A DNA stretch of 64,000 bases. Source: Octopus vulgaris. Lineage: Eukaryota. Location: NCBI GenBank assembly GCA_951406725.2, contig OX597822.1, positions 1,550,001-1,614,000 of the forward strand, read 5' to 3'. Position 1 is the stretch's first letter; the number at the start of each line of letters is the position of its first letter. Position numbers and translations under genes: made by a program. The notes beneath the pieces are model-generated. The model ran no database searches and had not been told where the DNA came from. It saw nothing but the letters and a program-made list of their open reading frames with translations. Shown in pieces: positions 26,739 to 41,149 of the stretch.

Positions 26739-28607
26739 TTGCTGTTGTTGATTCAAGTTGTATGCTGCTAATGATAAATAACTAGAAATAGTACTGCAGA
26801 CAGTACATGGATTTATTTGAAAAATGGCTATGAAAGTCAGTTTGAAGCATGCACCAGAGAAAGCTTGAAGATAGTAAAAGTAGCAAAAAACACTAACATC
26901 ATGCTACATGGAAAAACAAAAACTGGGATTAGAAAATTAGACCAAACACGGATAGGCAAATTCTCAGGAATTAAAGAACTTGACATCACCCGCAAATGAT
27001 AAATGGAAGGTAGATTTATCGACTAACTCCTTCCAACAAATGACTTGACGTGTGCTTATGCCTTGTGCTCTTCGAAGAGCTAAATCATAATTTGGCTCTT
27101 TGAAGGAAGGGATTTTCCAAGATAGACCAAATATATTTATTAATACTGTTCCTTACAGATAACTTCCAGGAACTAAAAATCTATCGGTAGCAAGGTTGGC
27201 AAACGTGAAAGAGAAAAAAATGGTGCTTATGGTTTTATCTTCGACCAGTTGCATTATTTGCCGTTGTTCTCACACACAAAAAAGAAAAGAAATGTTTTCG
27301 GAAAGTTGGGTCTATTAACAGAAGTATTAGAGCGTCGAACAAAATAACTTGTGGTAATTAATTACAGGTTTTTGGGTTCCTGTTGATATCTCTGTTTTCA
27401 TAATTCTTGGGTGGTTAAAATAATCTACCAGTGAAAATTCTCTCTACCATCTGTCACCATATTTGTCGTGTGTGTATACGAATGTAAAAGAAATAAAAAA
27501 TCAGTCGACGATGCCGGTAGAAATTTAAACATAATTCGGAAGGAACGGTGAGATAAATTTACTAAGAAGTTTACGAGTATTTATAATATTGGCCGAGGAA
27601 AAAAATGAAAAACAAAGCCGACTTAGGCAGCGATCGAACTCAGGACGTAAAGAGAGGTAACCATAAGTATATTGTTGTGTGCTCTACACAGTCTGCCAAT
27701 CCACTTATGATGATGCTAAAGATAACGACAATCATAAGAACAATAATGATATCCATAAATCATGGTGGTGATACTGATGCTGAAAGAAATGGTGATGGTC
27801 ATCGTGATGGTGGTGATGACGACGACGACGACGACGACAATGATTAAAATGACGAGATCAATAGTAGAAAGATATAGAATGTGTATTGCAATCATATGGT
27901 TTGGAAGCAGTTGGAAACTACTTCGGACAAAAGGCAAAAGATGTTACTGAAATCGATTCTTGTAAGATCTGATAGGATTTCCCAGTGTAAACTGACAATT
28001 GAATAGAAGCACGGAGACTATATATGGTTGTTTATTGAGAAGAAGAACAAAATATGGAAGGTCACAAGAATGCTGACTGGAGGTCAATGAAATAGAATAG
28101 ATCGGAAAGTATATGGATGTGGTGAGAGAATTGAATACATACTTGGACATGTATACTTGTAAGAACATATGCCGGCCCACGTAGTTTCTGTTTTATTTGT
28201 GCTAAGTTCTTTTGTCTGAATCCAGTACAACATTGATTGATATTTTATCGATTCCGGAGACAAGTCTCTCAAGCCTTTGCATCGTAGGAGATCTGATGAA
28301 GAATATGTCTACATGCAGTTTTATTTAGAAGAATTATTGTATCTATGGAAGGTCATTATGACAATAATAAACACAGGCACTTGTTCTATTTCACTCCTTT
28401 GTTATTACTAGCCAGCTAATTGAAGACTTTACTAATTAAGTGATCGATTGTTTGATTAATCGTTTGGTCAGTCAATTGGCTAGCTTCGTCAGAGTCAATT
28501 TGTCGCCATTCATGACTATCACCGACATACCCTCCTCACTATTCCAGGTTTGCTCCAGGTCTGTCTGTTTCCTATTTTGCAGAATCTATATTTGGAAGAA
28601 CCTAACC

Positions 28608-29022
28608 ATATTTCTTTATTGCCCACAAGGGGCTAAATGTAGAGGGGACAAACAAGGACAGACAAACAGATTAAGTCGATTATATCGACCCCAGTGCGTA
28701 ACTGGTACTTATTTAATCGACCCCAAAAGGATGAAAGCCAAAGTCGACCTCGGCGGAATTTGAACTCAGAACGTAGCGGCAGACGAAATACCTATTTCTT
28801 TACTACCCACAAGGGGCTAAACATAGAGGGAACAAACAAGGACAGACACACGGATTAAGTCGATTACATCGACCCCAGGGCGTAACTGATACTTAATTTA
28901 TCGACCTCGAAAGGATGAAAGGTAAAGTCGATCTCCGCGGAATTTGAACTCAGAACGAAACAGCAGACGAAATACGGCTACGCATTTCGATCGGCGTGCT
29001 AACGATTCTGCCAGCTCGCCTT
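28608..29022 (-). mobile_element. SINE family 1 dimer in intron 1
   Basis: Two tandem units flanked by a GAAGAACCTAACC target-site duplication. Confidence 0.88.
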
Positions 29023-30474
29023 AGAAGAACCTAACCTAATGACTCTTAACCTCCTCCATCTGTACCAACAAAATGAACTTAACTTTGATTACTGAGAAAC
29101 ATTTCGCAAAACCCTTTACAGAGCTACACTTTCCATTAACAGCGAATTTTTCTCTCTTATTGAATCTATTTTACAGTCGTGCTTAATGTGCCACTTTGTT
29201 GTTGCTGTTAAGCAACAAGACGGGTAAGGGTGATTAGGTGATGGTCTAGGACTTAGGGGCGGGAGACACCAGATCTTGGAAAAAAACTTTGATCGTTTTG
29301 TTGTAGACGAGGGCTCTTCGTTGACGCCCGACACCACTGGGAGGTGGCCATCGAAGTCGCTGGAAATGGAAATCTCCAGCTCCAAATTCTTGAACAGCTA
29401 ATGTGCCACTTGTGCTATTTTGTGCACGGGCATAATACAGTAATGTCGTCACGATGGAAACGCCCCACATCCCGGCTGGTTGTCCAACTGTCAGTAAAGG
29501 CAAAAATAAATCCTCAGAAAATTTGATGTATTTATTATAATACTTAACCAGAGGAATATTGTTGGCACTCTTTATCGTTGAAGACCCCTAGTCAAACTGT
29601 GGTGATTACAATAGTTGGAATTCATTGTAACCTTCTCTTGGTCGATGCCCAGAGAAAGATATGGGTGCTGCAGCTTATGAAGTTGAGTGTGATGAGTTTA
29701 GGTGATGACAGGAGGTATTAGTGTTTGCAGTAATGAGGAAGTACTACTCAGCTTCCTGGTTCAGAACAGAAAACGCTAAAGCAGTGGTGGAAGAGGCAGA
29801 TGTGATTCGATGATGAACTTCTGAAATCTGGAATGCGAGTTTGCGTTTGTATGACTAACACCATATCACGTATATATATATATATATACATATATGCGTG
29901 ATAAGATGTTAGTCGTTTATGTATGAGTATGTGTGTGGTAATTGACATGCATAAAGAGTGAGTAACTGATCAGAGCTTAATTACATCTCGTCCTTAATTA
30001 GAGATTTAATATCTAGAACAAAGGGCGAAACAGGTTCAACGGTTTGCTAGAAGTAATATATGTACATAAACTGTCATCAGGACGACAACAGCACATGTGG
30101 AGGTGCAATGGCCGAGTGGTTATGGCAGCGGACTCGCGGTCGTAAGAATGCGGTTTCGATTCCCAGACCGGGCATTGTGAGTGTTTATTAAGCAAAAGCA
30201 CCAAAGCTCCACGAATCTCCGGCGGGGAGGGTGGTGGTGAATCTCACTGTTTTCTTTCACCACAACTTTCTCCCGCTCTTTCTTCCTACTTCACCACAAA
30301 GCAGAGGAACCATAGTGTAACACATTATGGTGTGGTAAACTTTCAGACCCTAGTCTAGATTGCGAGTCCTCTGTACCACAGGATGGTGCGTGTGTGTATC
30401 TATGTATATATTATGTAAAGGCAAGGTGCCAGATTGTTTCTTGGAAATAAATTTAACTTTTTACTGTGTTGCAG

Positions 30475-30564
30475 AAAACAAGACGGCATATTGTCAAAGA
30501 ATTGTGAACCGTGAAAAACATGTGGTAGGAAGGTTAAACAAAACCGTAGGAGATCTTGTAGCAG
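30475..30564 (+). CDS. CACNG: CACNG/TARP-like protein, coding exon 2
   Basis: Acceptor tttttactgtgttgcAG (30474), 90 nt, phase 1-1, (Q)NKTAYCQRIVNREKHVVGRLNKTVGDLVA. Supplies the second conserved extracellular Cys. Donor G|GTAAGT at 30565. Confidence 0.8.
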
Positions 30565-30859
30565 GTAAGTGTGAGTGAGCGGTCTCGATGACAACCATGC
30601 ATCCAACTATGCTTACCCACAAACATGAACGGCAGCCACACTTCACGCACAGCCATAATTCGCTGGTGAGAATGGTTTCGTAACTAAAGGAACTAGTGGA
30701 AACTTACTCAAAAGCTGTCAGTGCAATGGATTCGGATTGCAAGACATTGGGGGATGTGCTGGAAGGCGTTCGTAATATGCTCTTAATATTTTAACGTTCC
30801 CATCATTGAAAGACAAACAAAAGAAACACCTTACGATTTTTGTAACCGGTCGTGTGATG

Positions 30860-30924
<65 letters not shown>

Positions 30925-31017
30925 GGGAGAGTTTACGAAAAAAAAAACAAAAGACGAAGACAGGTGCTGTACAAAACAAACAGATGTATTAGTATAACAC
31001 TCAGGAATAGAAAAAGT

Positions 31018-31053
31018 CTTTTACGTTTCGAGCCTACGCTCTTCTACAGAAAG
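31018..31053 (-). ncRNA. minimal hammerhead-like motif, family B (core CUGUAGA)
   Basis: CTTT-CTGTAGA-A-GAGC gtag GCTC-GAAA-CG-TA-AAAG. Confidence 0.6.
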
Positions 31054-31292
31054 GGACACAGAAAAAACAAGGAGAGAAAAATGTGTGTAATGGTAATGAT
31101 CTATCATGGTGAATATATATATATTCGTTTTGGAAGTCACTTGACCCTGTTATCTCCCGTACTATCCCTCTAGCGTCTAACGTCTGACCTCTGACCTCTG
31201 ACCTCTGCTTGAAGTCAGAACGCCAAGATAGACAGTTAGATCCTACACGCATTTTGTTTCTCTTCTTGTTTCTCTCCTTGTTTATTGTGTCC

Positions 31293-31328
31293 CTTTCTGT
31301 AGAAGAGTGTAGGCTCGAAACGTAAAAG
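31293..31328 (+). ncRNA. minimal hammerhead-like motif, family B, sense to the host gene
   Basis: CTTT-CTGTAGA-A-GAGT gtag GCTC-GAAA-CG-TA-AAAG. Confidence 0.6.
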
Positions 31329-31432
31329 ACTTGTTCTATTTCTATTCCTGAACGCCATACTAATACATTTGTTTGTTTGTACTCCAGCTGCCTTCGTCTT
31401 TTGTTTATTTTCGTAAACCTTCCCGTTATATA

Positions 31433-31492
<60 letters not shown>

Positions 31493-31498
31493 TGTATG

Positions 31499-31532
<34 letters not shown>

Positions 31533-31649
31533 TGTATGTATGTATGTATATATGTATGTATGTATGTATGCGTGCATGCATGTATGTATGTATGTATGTA
31601 TGTATGTATGTATGTATGTATGTATGTATGTATGTATGTATGTGTATTT

Positions 31650-32810
31650 AGGGTACATAGGATATATAATAACAAATAGTAACATTTTTTTTTATCAAAA
31701 ATGCTATGAGGATAAAAATAAACCTTCTTTTCTCTAATGTTATTCAATAAAGCCACCTTCAGCTTCAACAACTGCTTCTATATGAGATCTAACTCATATA
31801 CATATTCGAATCAAGTGGTCGTGGTTCATTTTAGACATTACTCCGACTATAGCAGCTTTCAAAGAATATTTGGTGTTATGGGCGTGTTCATTGACCTCTC
31901 TCTCAACAACACTCCACATGTAATAGTCCAAATGTTAGGGGTTATGTGATCATGAACATTTTCAGCCATCAATTCCTCTGTTACGAGAGCCATGTATGAT
32001 AGTACAGAGTCTTACTGAAACGCATCTGGCCTTCCATTATATACACTGTCTATCCAGGGCTTAGCAGTTATTTCCAGGACCTCAATGTAGGCGGCAGGAT
32101 TAACTCTAAGGCCTTGTGAAAAGAAGTTAGGAGGCATCACAGGTCTTTCATGGCTGAAAAACCCTAAAACCATGATAGTTGCAAGAAATTTTTTATGCAT
32201 AACACTTGAAACTTCAGAAGAGTTTGCTCATAACCATCTGTCATTTCTTCTGCTAATTTTTTATATTGGTCGAAGGTTTTCTCATTTGAAAAAAAAAACC
32301 CCAAAAAAACAAATCTTCTGCTGGATTTTTCAGTTTGTTTCAGAGTCTTTTAGATCTGATGTAGTGATTTTGTTTAGAATTTTCCTCATCATATAAAACT
32401 TGCAGCTGATGTCTTCGTGAACAACATTTCTTACTTCCTTCTGACACATGGAAATCTTTTGCAATTGACCACGTGGACTTCTGGAATTGTAATCAATGGG
32501 CCGTTGAACTTGCTGGATAAATTTGGATGTTCTGATGCTTTCAGAGTGTTCAGAATGCTTTTTGGGCTTTGATACTGGTGATACATTTCCATCTTCAGTC
32601 TCTAGCTCCTTACAAACTTTGTAGACGAAAGATCTGGCAACTTTTAAAAACCGAGATATTTCTAAATCGCTATGCTCAGCCATTGTAACCACAATAACAG
32701 CAGACTTCTTCATTTCTTGAGTATGCTGAGGGTCTGGCATTATTATTTTCTGGAACAAAGATTATACAGAGTTAGCAAAAAATGCAGCAATGACCCAAAA
32801 ACCGTATGTC
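31650..32810 (-). pseudogene. degenerate Tc1/mariner (IS630-like) transposon in intron 2
   Basis: HSDLEISRFLKVARSFVYKV (HTH), VRNVVHEDISCKFY, IMVLGFFSHE..VMPPNFFSQGLRVN.AAY.EVL....KPWI...RP..FQ. Boundaries approximate. Confidence 0.7.
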
Positions 32811-32823
32811 CTCGAATACCTTA

Positions 32824-32881
<58 letters not shown>

Positions 32882-33081
32882 GTGTACATTTAAACACATT
32901 CCATCATAGGAATCCTTTACGCTAGAAAGAACAGCTAAAGTCCAAACCATATATATATATCCTGGATTTGTAGTTGAGCTCCTGAATAACATCCTATCGC
33001 TGCATCAGAAGCTCCAGTGGAGCTATAGGATATTATTCAGGCACCCACCTCTGAGTCCACTGCATTGTTTTTCCTGTGTTA

Positions 33082-33135
<54 letters not shown>

Positions 33136-33136
33136 A

Positions 33137-33177
<41 letters not shown>

Positions 33178-33216
33178 TCATTCATTTACACCCAATTTAT
33201 GTACGTCTCATTTCAG

Positions 33217-33351
33217 AATCAGTCAATTCAACGTGTGCCTTCGCCGTAGTATCACTGGTGCTTGTCGTCTTTTCTGCCATAATTGGTCTCCTCAGCAACG
33301 TTCGCTATGACAGTTATATATTGCTTTCATCTATTCTCTTTGTAATCTCAG
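33217..33351 (+). CDS. CACNG: CACNG/TARP-like protein, coding exon 3 (TM2, start of TM3)
   Basis: Acceptor tctcatttcAG (33216), 135 nt, phase 1-1, (E)SVNSTCAFAVVSLVLVVFSAIIGLLSNVRYDSYILLSSILFVIS. Donor G|GTACGT at 33352. This frame is not in the supplied ORF track. Confidence 0.85.
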
Positions 33352-33367
33352 GTACGTTGTTAACCTC

Positions 33368-33408
<41 letters not shown>

Positions 33409-33738
33409 GCACTGTTCCGTGATGGTAAGGCCAACAAAAGAAGTACTTCATGTGTGGAGAGATAGATATTTATTAATAAACGCAATAAGGATAGAGGCCT
33501 AGAATCTGCGGTACACCTGCTCGATTCGAACCGGGTGGTACTTTACAATTCGTCAATAGGAACTTAGGCATATGTTTACAACTGCTGAAAATTTCGGATC
33601 TAGAGTTCCTGGATCTGAAAATGATCTGAATTCTTTCAGCTACGCATAGCTTACATATTTTGATCCGTTATCAAATGGAGTGAATTTTCTTATTATTTTC
33701 CACCTTAAACGTCCATCACTCTTCCTGGCTTCATGCTA

Positions 33739-33783
<45 letters not shown>

Positions 33784-33827
33784 GTGTGTGTGTGTGTGTG
33801 TGTTTATGTGTGTGTGTGAGTGTGTGT

Positions 33828-33895
<68 letters not shown>

Positions 33896-34101
33896 AGGTT
33901 TAGAGATGATGTACAGGTATTTTATATTAGAAGAAATGAGGTACTCAGAAAATCGGATGGTTTTATATTTACAGATATCTATTTGTTTATACATGTTTTT
34001 ATACATCATATAATTTAGATCACGTAAGTTAGATGATGTAATATACAAATAAATATCTGTAAATATAAAACCATCCGCTTTTCTGAGTACCTCATTTCTT
34101 C

Positions 34102-34202
<101 letters not shown>

Positions 34203-34204
34203 CA

Positions 34205-34434
34205 CAGGGTTGGCCAAAAGTCACCCGACAGTAAATCAAAATTCCATAAATACTATCTGTAATTCTGTATCGATTCGAATGGGAAAATGTGTCGCTCAAG
34301 AAGGACTTCAGTTTGAAAAAAATTCATGTTGTTTGATATTTAGATGTTTTTATTACATTCAATCAATTGTTAAACATAAATAATTTTTAGGTTTAAATGG
34401 TTTTGATTTACAGTCAGCTGACGTTCGGCCAGCC

Positions 34435-34437
<3 letters not shown>
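34205..34437. mobile_element. Tc1/mariner-type MITE in intron 3
   Basis: Imperfect TIRs CAGGGTTGGCCAAAAGTCA...GTAAATCAAAA / TTTTGATTTAC...GGCCAGCCCTG, sitting in (TA)n. Confidence 0.7.
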
Positions 34438-34472
<35 letters not shown>

Positions 34473-34993
34473 ATTTACGTGTACTTGCGTTTCTCTTCAA
34501 TAAGTTATATAAATATAAATGGATCATATTCTGACGAAATATATTTACAGTATCTGCTTATGCTCTTATCCTTTAGTTGTTTATTCTTTTACACATACCA
34601 GCTCGATCAGCGCATTGCCTATAGGTAATTTTCCTTTAGGCAAGCATCACATCCCTGCTCTTAAAGGTGGAGTTTAGATGCAAATTTGAATTGAGCACTT
34701 AGTGTATTTACGTATCATGTTATGTCATTCTACATCTTACAGCCCACAGTGTATGTGTGCGTATATATATACATATATATACATTAAGAAAAAAAATGTT
34801 TGCTGTTTTTGTAAAATATAAAAAAATAATTCAAAAATTCACATTTTTTATCAAATTATTTTGTTATATTTGTCTATCTATCCAACTGTAGATAGGATAT
34901 ATAGGGAGATTTTACGAAAAAAACAAACGACGAAGACAGGCGGTGTACAAAACAAACAGATGTATTAGTATAACGCTCAGGAATAGAAAAAGT

Positions 34994-35029
34994 CTTTTAC
35001 GTTTCGAGCCTACGCTCTTCTGCAGAAAG
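34994..35029 (-). ncRNA. minimal hammerhead-like motif, family B (core CUGCAGA)
   Basis: CTTT-CTGCAGA-A-GAGC gtag GCTC-GAAA-CG-TA-AAAG. Confidence 0.55.
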
Positions 35030-35780
35030 GGACACAGAAAAAATAAGGAGAGACAGGAAATTTTAGAAAGTATAAAAATAAAAAATAAATATAAATTAAT
35101 GGCAATAATAACAGTTTTCCGTAAAGTTCAAAGGTTTTTTGACGTCGAGGTGTATTGCAAGGATTTCTCATCAAGAGTAGAGTCCACAGTGATCCGTATG
35201 TAGGAGAGGTGCAGCCGGAGATACATATATACGTATATATGAAGGCACATGACCCGGAGGTTACAGTCATGAGCTAGTCTTTTCGATTTCTGGACCGGGC
35301 TGTGTTGTGTTCTTGAGCAAGACACTTCATTTCATGTTACTCCAGTCCACTTAGCTGTAGAAATGAGTTGCGATGTCACGGATGCCAAGCTGTATCACCC
35401 TTTGCTTTTCCCTTGGATAGCATCGGTGGCATGGAGAGAAGAGGGTGGCATGCATGAGCGACTACTGGTCTTCCATAAACAAACTTGCCCGGATTTCTGC
35501 CTCGGAAGGTAACATTCTAGGTGCTATCCTATGGTCTTTCATGGCCGCATGTTTTCCAGAAGGCTATCAACACGCAGTCTGTGTCTGTATAGTGTTCGCA
35601 AGGTTCTTTATGGGACCGCCACATTCTATTGGCAGATAAACTTTACTATTCCGTACTGTTACTGTATATCTCTCGCTGAGAGATTTAAAACAAGCTGTTT
35701 CTCTCTATATATATACATATAGATATATATGAGTGTGTAGAAATTGATGTATATATCTAATATATTTATATACGTACAAT

Positions 35781-35872
<92 letters not shown>

Positions 35873-35886
35873 CACACACACACACA

Positions 35887-35950
<64 letters not shown>

Positions 35951-36127
35951 CATATGTATATATATGCTTTGCTTTCGGACTTTTTAATCATCTCATAATA
36001 ATGACTTTTATGACTTATTACTACTTCGGTCCATCTAAATGTATATATCTGTCGTTACCTTTCATAAAAAGCCTTTTCTTTTTTATTTACAATGTGCATT
36101 TTAGTTGATTTTTCTTAATTTCCCCCC

Positions 36128-36180
<53 letters not shown>

Positions 36181-36372
36181 GCACACACACACACACACAC
36201 ACACACACGTATATATGTATATGCATACATATACATATACACACATAACGCATATATTTACGATTGTTTACAGAAATGCACAAACAAGCTTGGATACCCT
36301 TATGGGTATACTGGGTATTTATCAATGTATATATGAATAATGTGAATATTATTTCTTATCTGTGTTCGACAG

Positions 36373-36677
36373 GGCTTACCTTGGTAGCTGGACTAATAAT
36401 GTTTATCTCAGCCGTCAATGATGAAGTATCGCATCTACCTGCCGCCAACCAACAACACCCAACAATCACCTATTCATTCGCTTGGTCATTTTTCCTAGCA
36501 GCATTCAGTTTCTTTTTGGCAGAAGGCACCGGTGTTGCAGGAATATACTTATTCTTCCGTCGAAACTCCAGTCTCGATGACATGATCCAAATTATACCCG
36601 GATTGGAAGAGAAAATTCCACCAGAACAACGTAAACCGAAAAACGTTGGTTACCCAAATTTCAACATTATATCATGA
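36373..36677 (+). CDS. CACNG: CACNG/TARP-like protein, last coding exon (TM3 end, TM4, short C-tail)
   Basis: Acceptor gttcgacAG (36372). (G)LTLVAGLIMFISAVNDE...TYSFAWSFFLAAFSFFLAEGTGVAGIYLF matches the TARP pattern 'GL...G.I.FIS..NDE...Y.YGWSF..A..SF...E..GV..IYLF'. TGA at 36675-36677. Spliced CDS 196+90+135+305=726 nt = 241 aa. Confidence 0.9.
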
Positions 36678-36931
36678 GACTTGATTGGTCAGTGCGTAAG
36701 AAAGATAAGCGACAATGTTATGCTGTTATTTCTACTATTTAAACAGAATTCTACTGAAAATAATTATCAGCTTTGAATCCATGACGAGTCTCTATTCCTG
36801 ACTATAAACTATATTCATCTTCATTTCTACTTCACTTTATCATTAATGCCGTGAACATTGACAGCATGAAAGCCAGACAATCCTAATTCTCTTTTCGTTA
36901 TTAATTTGAGACCAGGACCCATCGGAATCCG

Positions 36932-36937
36932 AATAAA
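36932..36937 (+). promoter_or_regulatory. candidate polyadenylation signal of the CACNG-like gene
   Basis: First AATAAA about 255 nt after the stop codon. Another lies near 37182. The sequence is AT-rich, so this is weak. Confidence 0.3.
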
Positions 36938-37195
36938 AAAATATATCAGTCCCACTAAAAATAATTATCAGGTTCAGTTCCGTGATGCAGTTTCAATTCC
37001 GGATTAAGAACTATGTTTTTTACAAACTTTTTTTGCCTACTTCACTAAATATTTACTGCATTTATTAATGAGGACAGCCATGAAAGTTAGAGAATCTTAA
37101 TTCCATGTCCACTATAAATTTGAGATCGGGAACATATATACAAAGAGTAAAGTAAAAAATCAAAGAACGTTATATCTGTAAAATAAACATAAACG

Positions 37196-37975
<780 letters not shown>

Positions 37976-38349
37976 AGATGGTGGAAAATAAGAGAAAAGA
38001 GTTTGGCCTAATCATCTCTGTTTGACTGACTTTGAGAATAGATGAGAGATAGAGAATTACAACGTTTTCTACATAATATTTATAATATCTTGATGTTTTG
38101 TTAGCTGAAGCAGCCGGATTATAGCAACATCGGCAGCAACCACAATAAGAGCAATCGAGAGCATTTACTATAACAATAACAAAAAGACAAAAACTACAAC
38201 AACAATAAATATGGCAGCTGAAGAAGAGATATGCGGTGCCTTGAGTAATGTCAAATATACGTTATTGGTGAGGTGTTTTAGATATTTCTTGAAATTTCTG
38301 GGTATGGAGGAAGAGTTAGTGACCGCAGCCACTGTACACTCTTCGAGGT

Positions 38350-38606
38350 TGATGGATTTGATGCCATTAATGTTCCTTTAGAAATATTGTAAGTCAACAT
38401 TTGCAGGAAACACATTAACTTTGTGGGAGTTCCAGAAAGCCAAAGATATGAGACGAAGATATAGGGTAAAATAATTAGTATAGGACCTTGGTTTGGGTAC
38501 GGCAAGGTTGATGAGAGGCGAGATGACTGAAGTGTCTAAATAGGAGTACAATTTGTGTAGGTGGCATCGGGGAGCAAAGGCCGATATAGTAGCGAGGAAA
38601 AGGCAG

Positions 38607-38699
<93 letters not shown>

Positions 38700-38910
38700 A
38701 AGACACCTATGTCAGCGGCTTGCGATTGCCAATGGGTAACTTTATGTTAATTAATCAGGAAACTTTTTTCTAGATGGTCTATGAGGTCTGTGTTTGCAGC
38801 AGCAGTGCCCTATCTGATGTGAGAGCAACACCCTTTTGGACATCACATAAGCTTTGTAGAGTGTCAATAATTGTTAGGGATGAAGCAGCTTCTTCTGGTC
38901 CTGAAGAAAA
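38350..38910 (-). pseudogene. degenerate CR1/L2-group LINE 3' fragment split by (GA)n
   Basis: Minus strand gives FWNS...VFPANVDLQYF*RNIN, resembling the CR1/L2 C-terminus. Confidence 0.4.
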
Positions 38911-39975
38911 GAACTAGTCGTTGAAATGTGGTCTTAGCTATGACAGGCATGTGCTTTCGTCAGGTAAGATCCTTGGTAACAGAGAGGCCTTAAAATTGGA
39001 GCGATTGTGATAAATTCGATTTCATGTTGCTCAAGTTTAAGAGATGATGGTGCTGCTGCAACGATATTTTCTTGATACGTGTAGCGTCCGTACCGTTTTT
39101 CTTTAATTAAAAGAAATAAAATTGACGTATACCAACTGGAGCATCCTTTCGAGGTCCATGTAAATAGAATCGAAGATGTGGTTCTGTGTACATTACCTGG
39201 GTTAATATTTCGAACCAACACTACCACCATTAACAACAACACCAACAAAAAACAATAAAAGAAATAACAAGAAGAATCAAGACATCTCACATTAAGAAAA
39301 CTTATATGTAACATATGTAATATGGTACCATTATTTTTTGTCTCAATATATAATAAAGTTCCATGTCTTTTTATCATTATAATATATAATATGGTATCAT
39401 GTTTTTATATTGCAATAGCATGATATGGTACCATCTCTTATTTTTCATAATGATATATAATAGGGTGCTACCTCTTATTTGTCATGATAATATATATGAC
39501 AACATCTGCTAAATGTCCCTATTCGATGAGTTAGATACGACAGCTGGCTGTTGGCGGTTTCCCGTTTCCTTCCCCAGGATTGTGCTGTGTCTTTGTTACC
39601 ATTTAGACTGCCGAAACCAATGTTACCACAAACAGCAAGAAGAAGATGAAGAAGGAATAGAATGCTGTAATGAGGATATAAATAATTCCAAAAGAAGAAA
39701 GAAACGAAGACAAAGAAATGAGCCATCAAAATAAAATTTTTATTGATGAAAATCGATTCTGGATTGTTACCTTCATATCTCCACCTCATTATTGTAATTT
39801 TCCCTATAAACATCATCATCATTATCACCATATTCATCATTGTTGCCGACCCCTTGTCCTTGTCTTCATCACCCCCACAACCACCACCATCATATTCACA
39901 ATGCACACAAATTAAACTGTTCAGCGTTCCAGTTTGGCCACAGCCTTTGAGTTGAAACGTATAATGGAATAAAGG

Positions 39976-40019
<44 letters not shown>

Positions 40020-40989
40020 TGTGTTAATCGAAGTGAACAGTATTACATATCCATTACAGCCGATCTTGGTATCAGGAACTGGTATAAATGAGCAACCAAA
40101 CATGCGAAAGTTATGTCAACCACAAATCGTCCTTCAACATCCCAGAGAGACGAAACGCCACAACCCTGGCCAAGTACGTATGGTCGTTGAAAGAAATTAT
40201 CACCGAGTATAATATAAAGTGAAGGATAATAGGAAAACGTGAGGCTTAATTCAGTAGCAGCAGGAAGTACAGATTATACCTGGCTTAGAAAAGAGCGATA
40301 TTAAAGAACTTTCAGTTCCCAGGTATTTACATGAACAACAGAAGCAAACCTTTAAATCTTTTCCCAATTGAAAGGATGTAGATTCTATCAACGTAATCCC
40401 ACGTATAGTACCTCTACGCACACTTCAGGCATACATAAATGCCCCAAAGAATTTAACTAAAGTTATAACCAAAACATTAAATAACAACACAAAAGGTTTT
40501 GGCCCACCCCATAAAAAGGGCTGCACATGTAGTACACATTCCAATTCTACAAGAGCATCATTCAATAAAACTTACACACATTTGCCATACACTCTTCTCC
40601 AGAAAACTTTTGTTAACTTCCAGACACACCTCAGACGGTGCTATGGCACCAGCAGACATAACACCTTAATTAAACCATGCTTAGTTCGTTTCATCGCCTT
40701 TTTCACAGCATATACAGAAACCGGATGTTTACTTCCAGCAATAGAGAGCAGTAGATATTGCATGAAAATATTGCGATGCTTCATGCAATATCTGCTCTGA
40801 AGAGCTGGGTTACATAATCAGGCTTTTACCTAAAACTCCGTTGAACCCCTAGTACGAAACCGATTGGTAACATCGGCTGAAATGGGTATATTGTACTATA
40901 CACTTCGATTAATATACCAACTGCATAGACAAATATACGAGTGCATATTCTTTTCTAACTTATGATTCTTAAATGGATTTATATATATA

Positions 40990-41028
40990 CTAGCATTATG
41001 ACCCATCGTTGCCGGGTCATAGTGCTAG
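40990..41028 (-). mobile_element. Helitron-like 3' terminus (hairpin + CTAG in AT)
   Basis: CTAGCATTATGACCC-atcgttgcc-GGGTCATAGTGCTAG hairpin ending CTAG|T. A similar terminus-like motif lies at 9195-9225. Confidence 0.35.
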
Positions 41029-41149
41029 TGCATGCCTATATGTGTATATATATGTGTACATATTACATGTACATCTATATATATACATCTACACATAAAA
41101 TACAAAATGCAAAGTTATATCTTGATATCGCTAGTTATAACAATACTCA

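Larger units (their letters stand above)
30923..31430. repeat. inverted repeat (about 160-bp arms) of family B elements in intron 2
   Basis: 30923-31083 is the approximate reverse complement of about 31265-31430. Flanked by (TA)n. Confidence 0.85.

Noticed and set aside
28293-28330. CTGATGAAG (also CTGACGAA at 34531 and CTGACGA at 58015) as hammerhead cores
   Set aside because: Isolated heptamers without supporting stems.
36264-36372. 5' part of ORF 36264..36677 as coding
   Set aside because: It lies upstream of the acceptor at 36372 and is intronic; homology begins at GLTLVAG.
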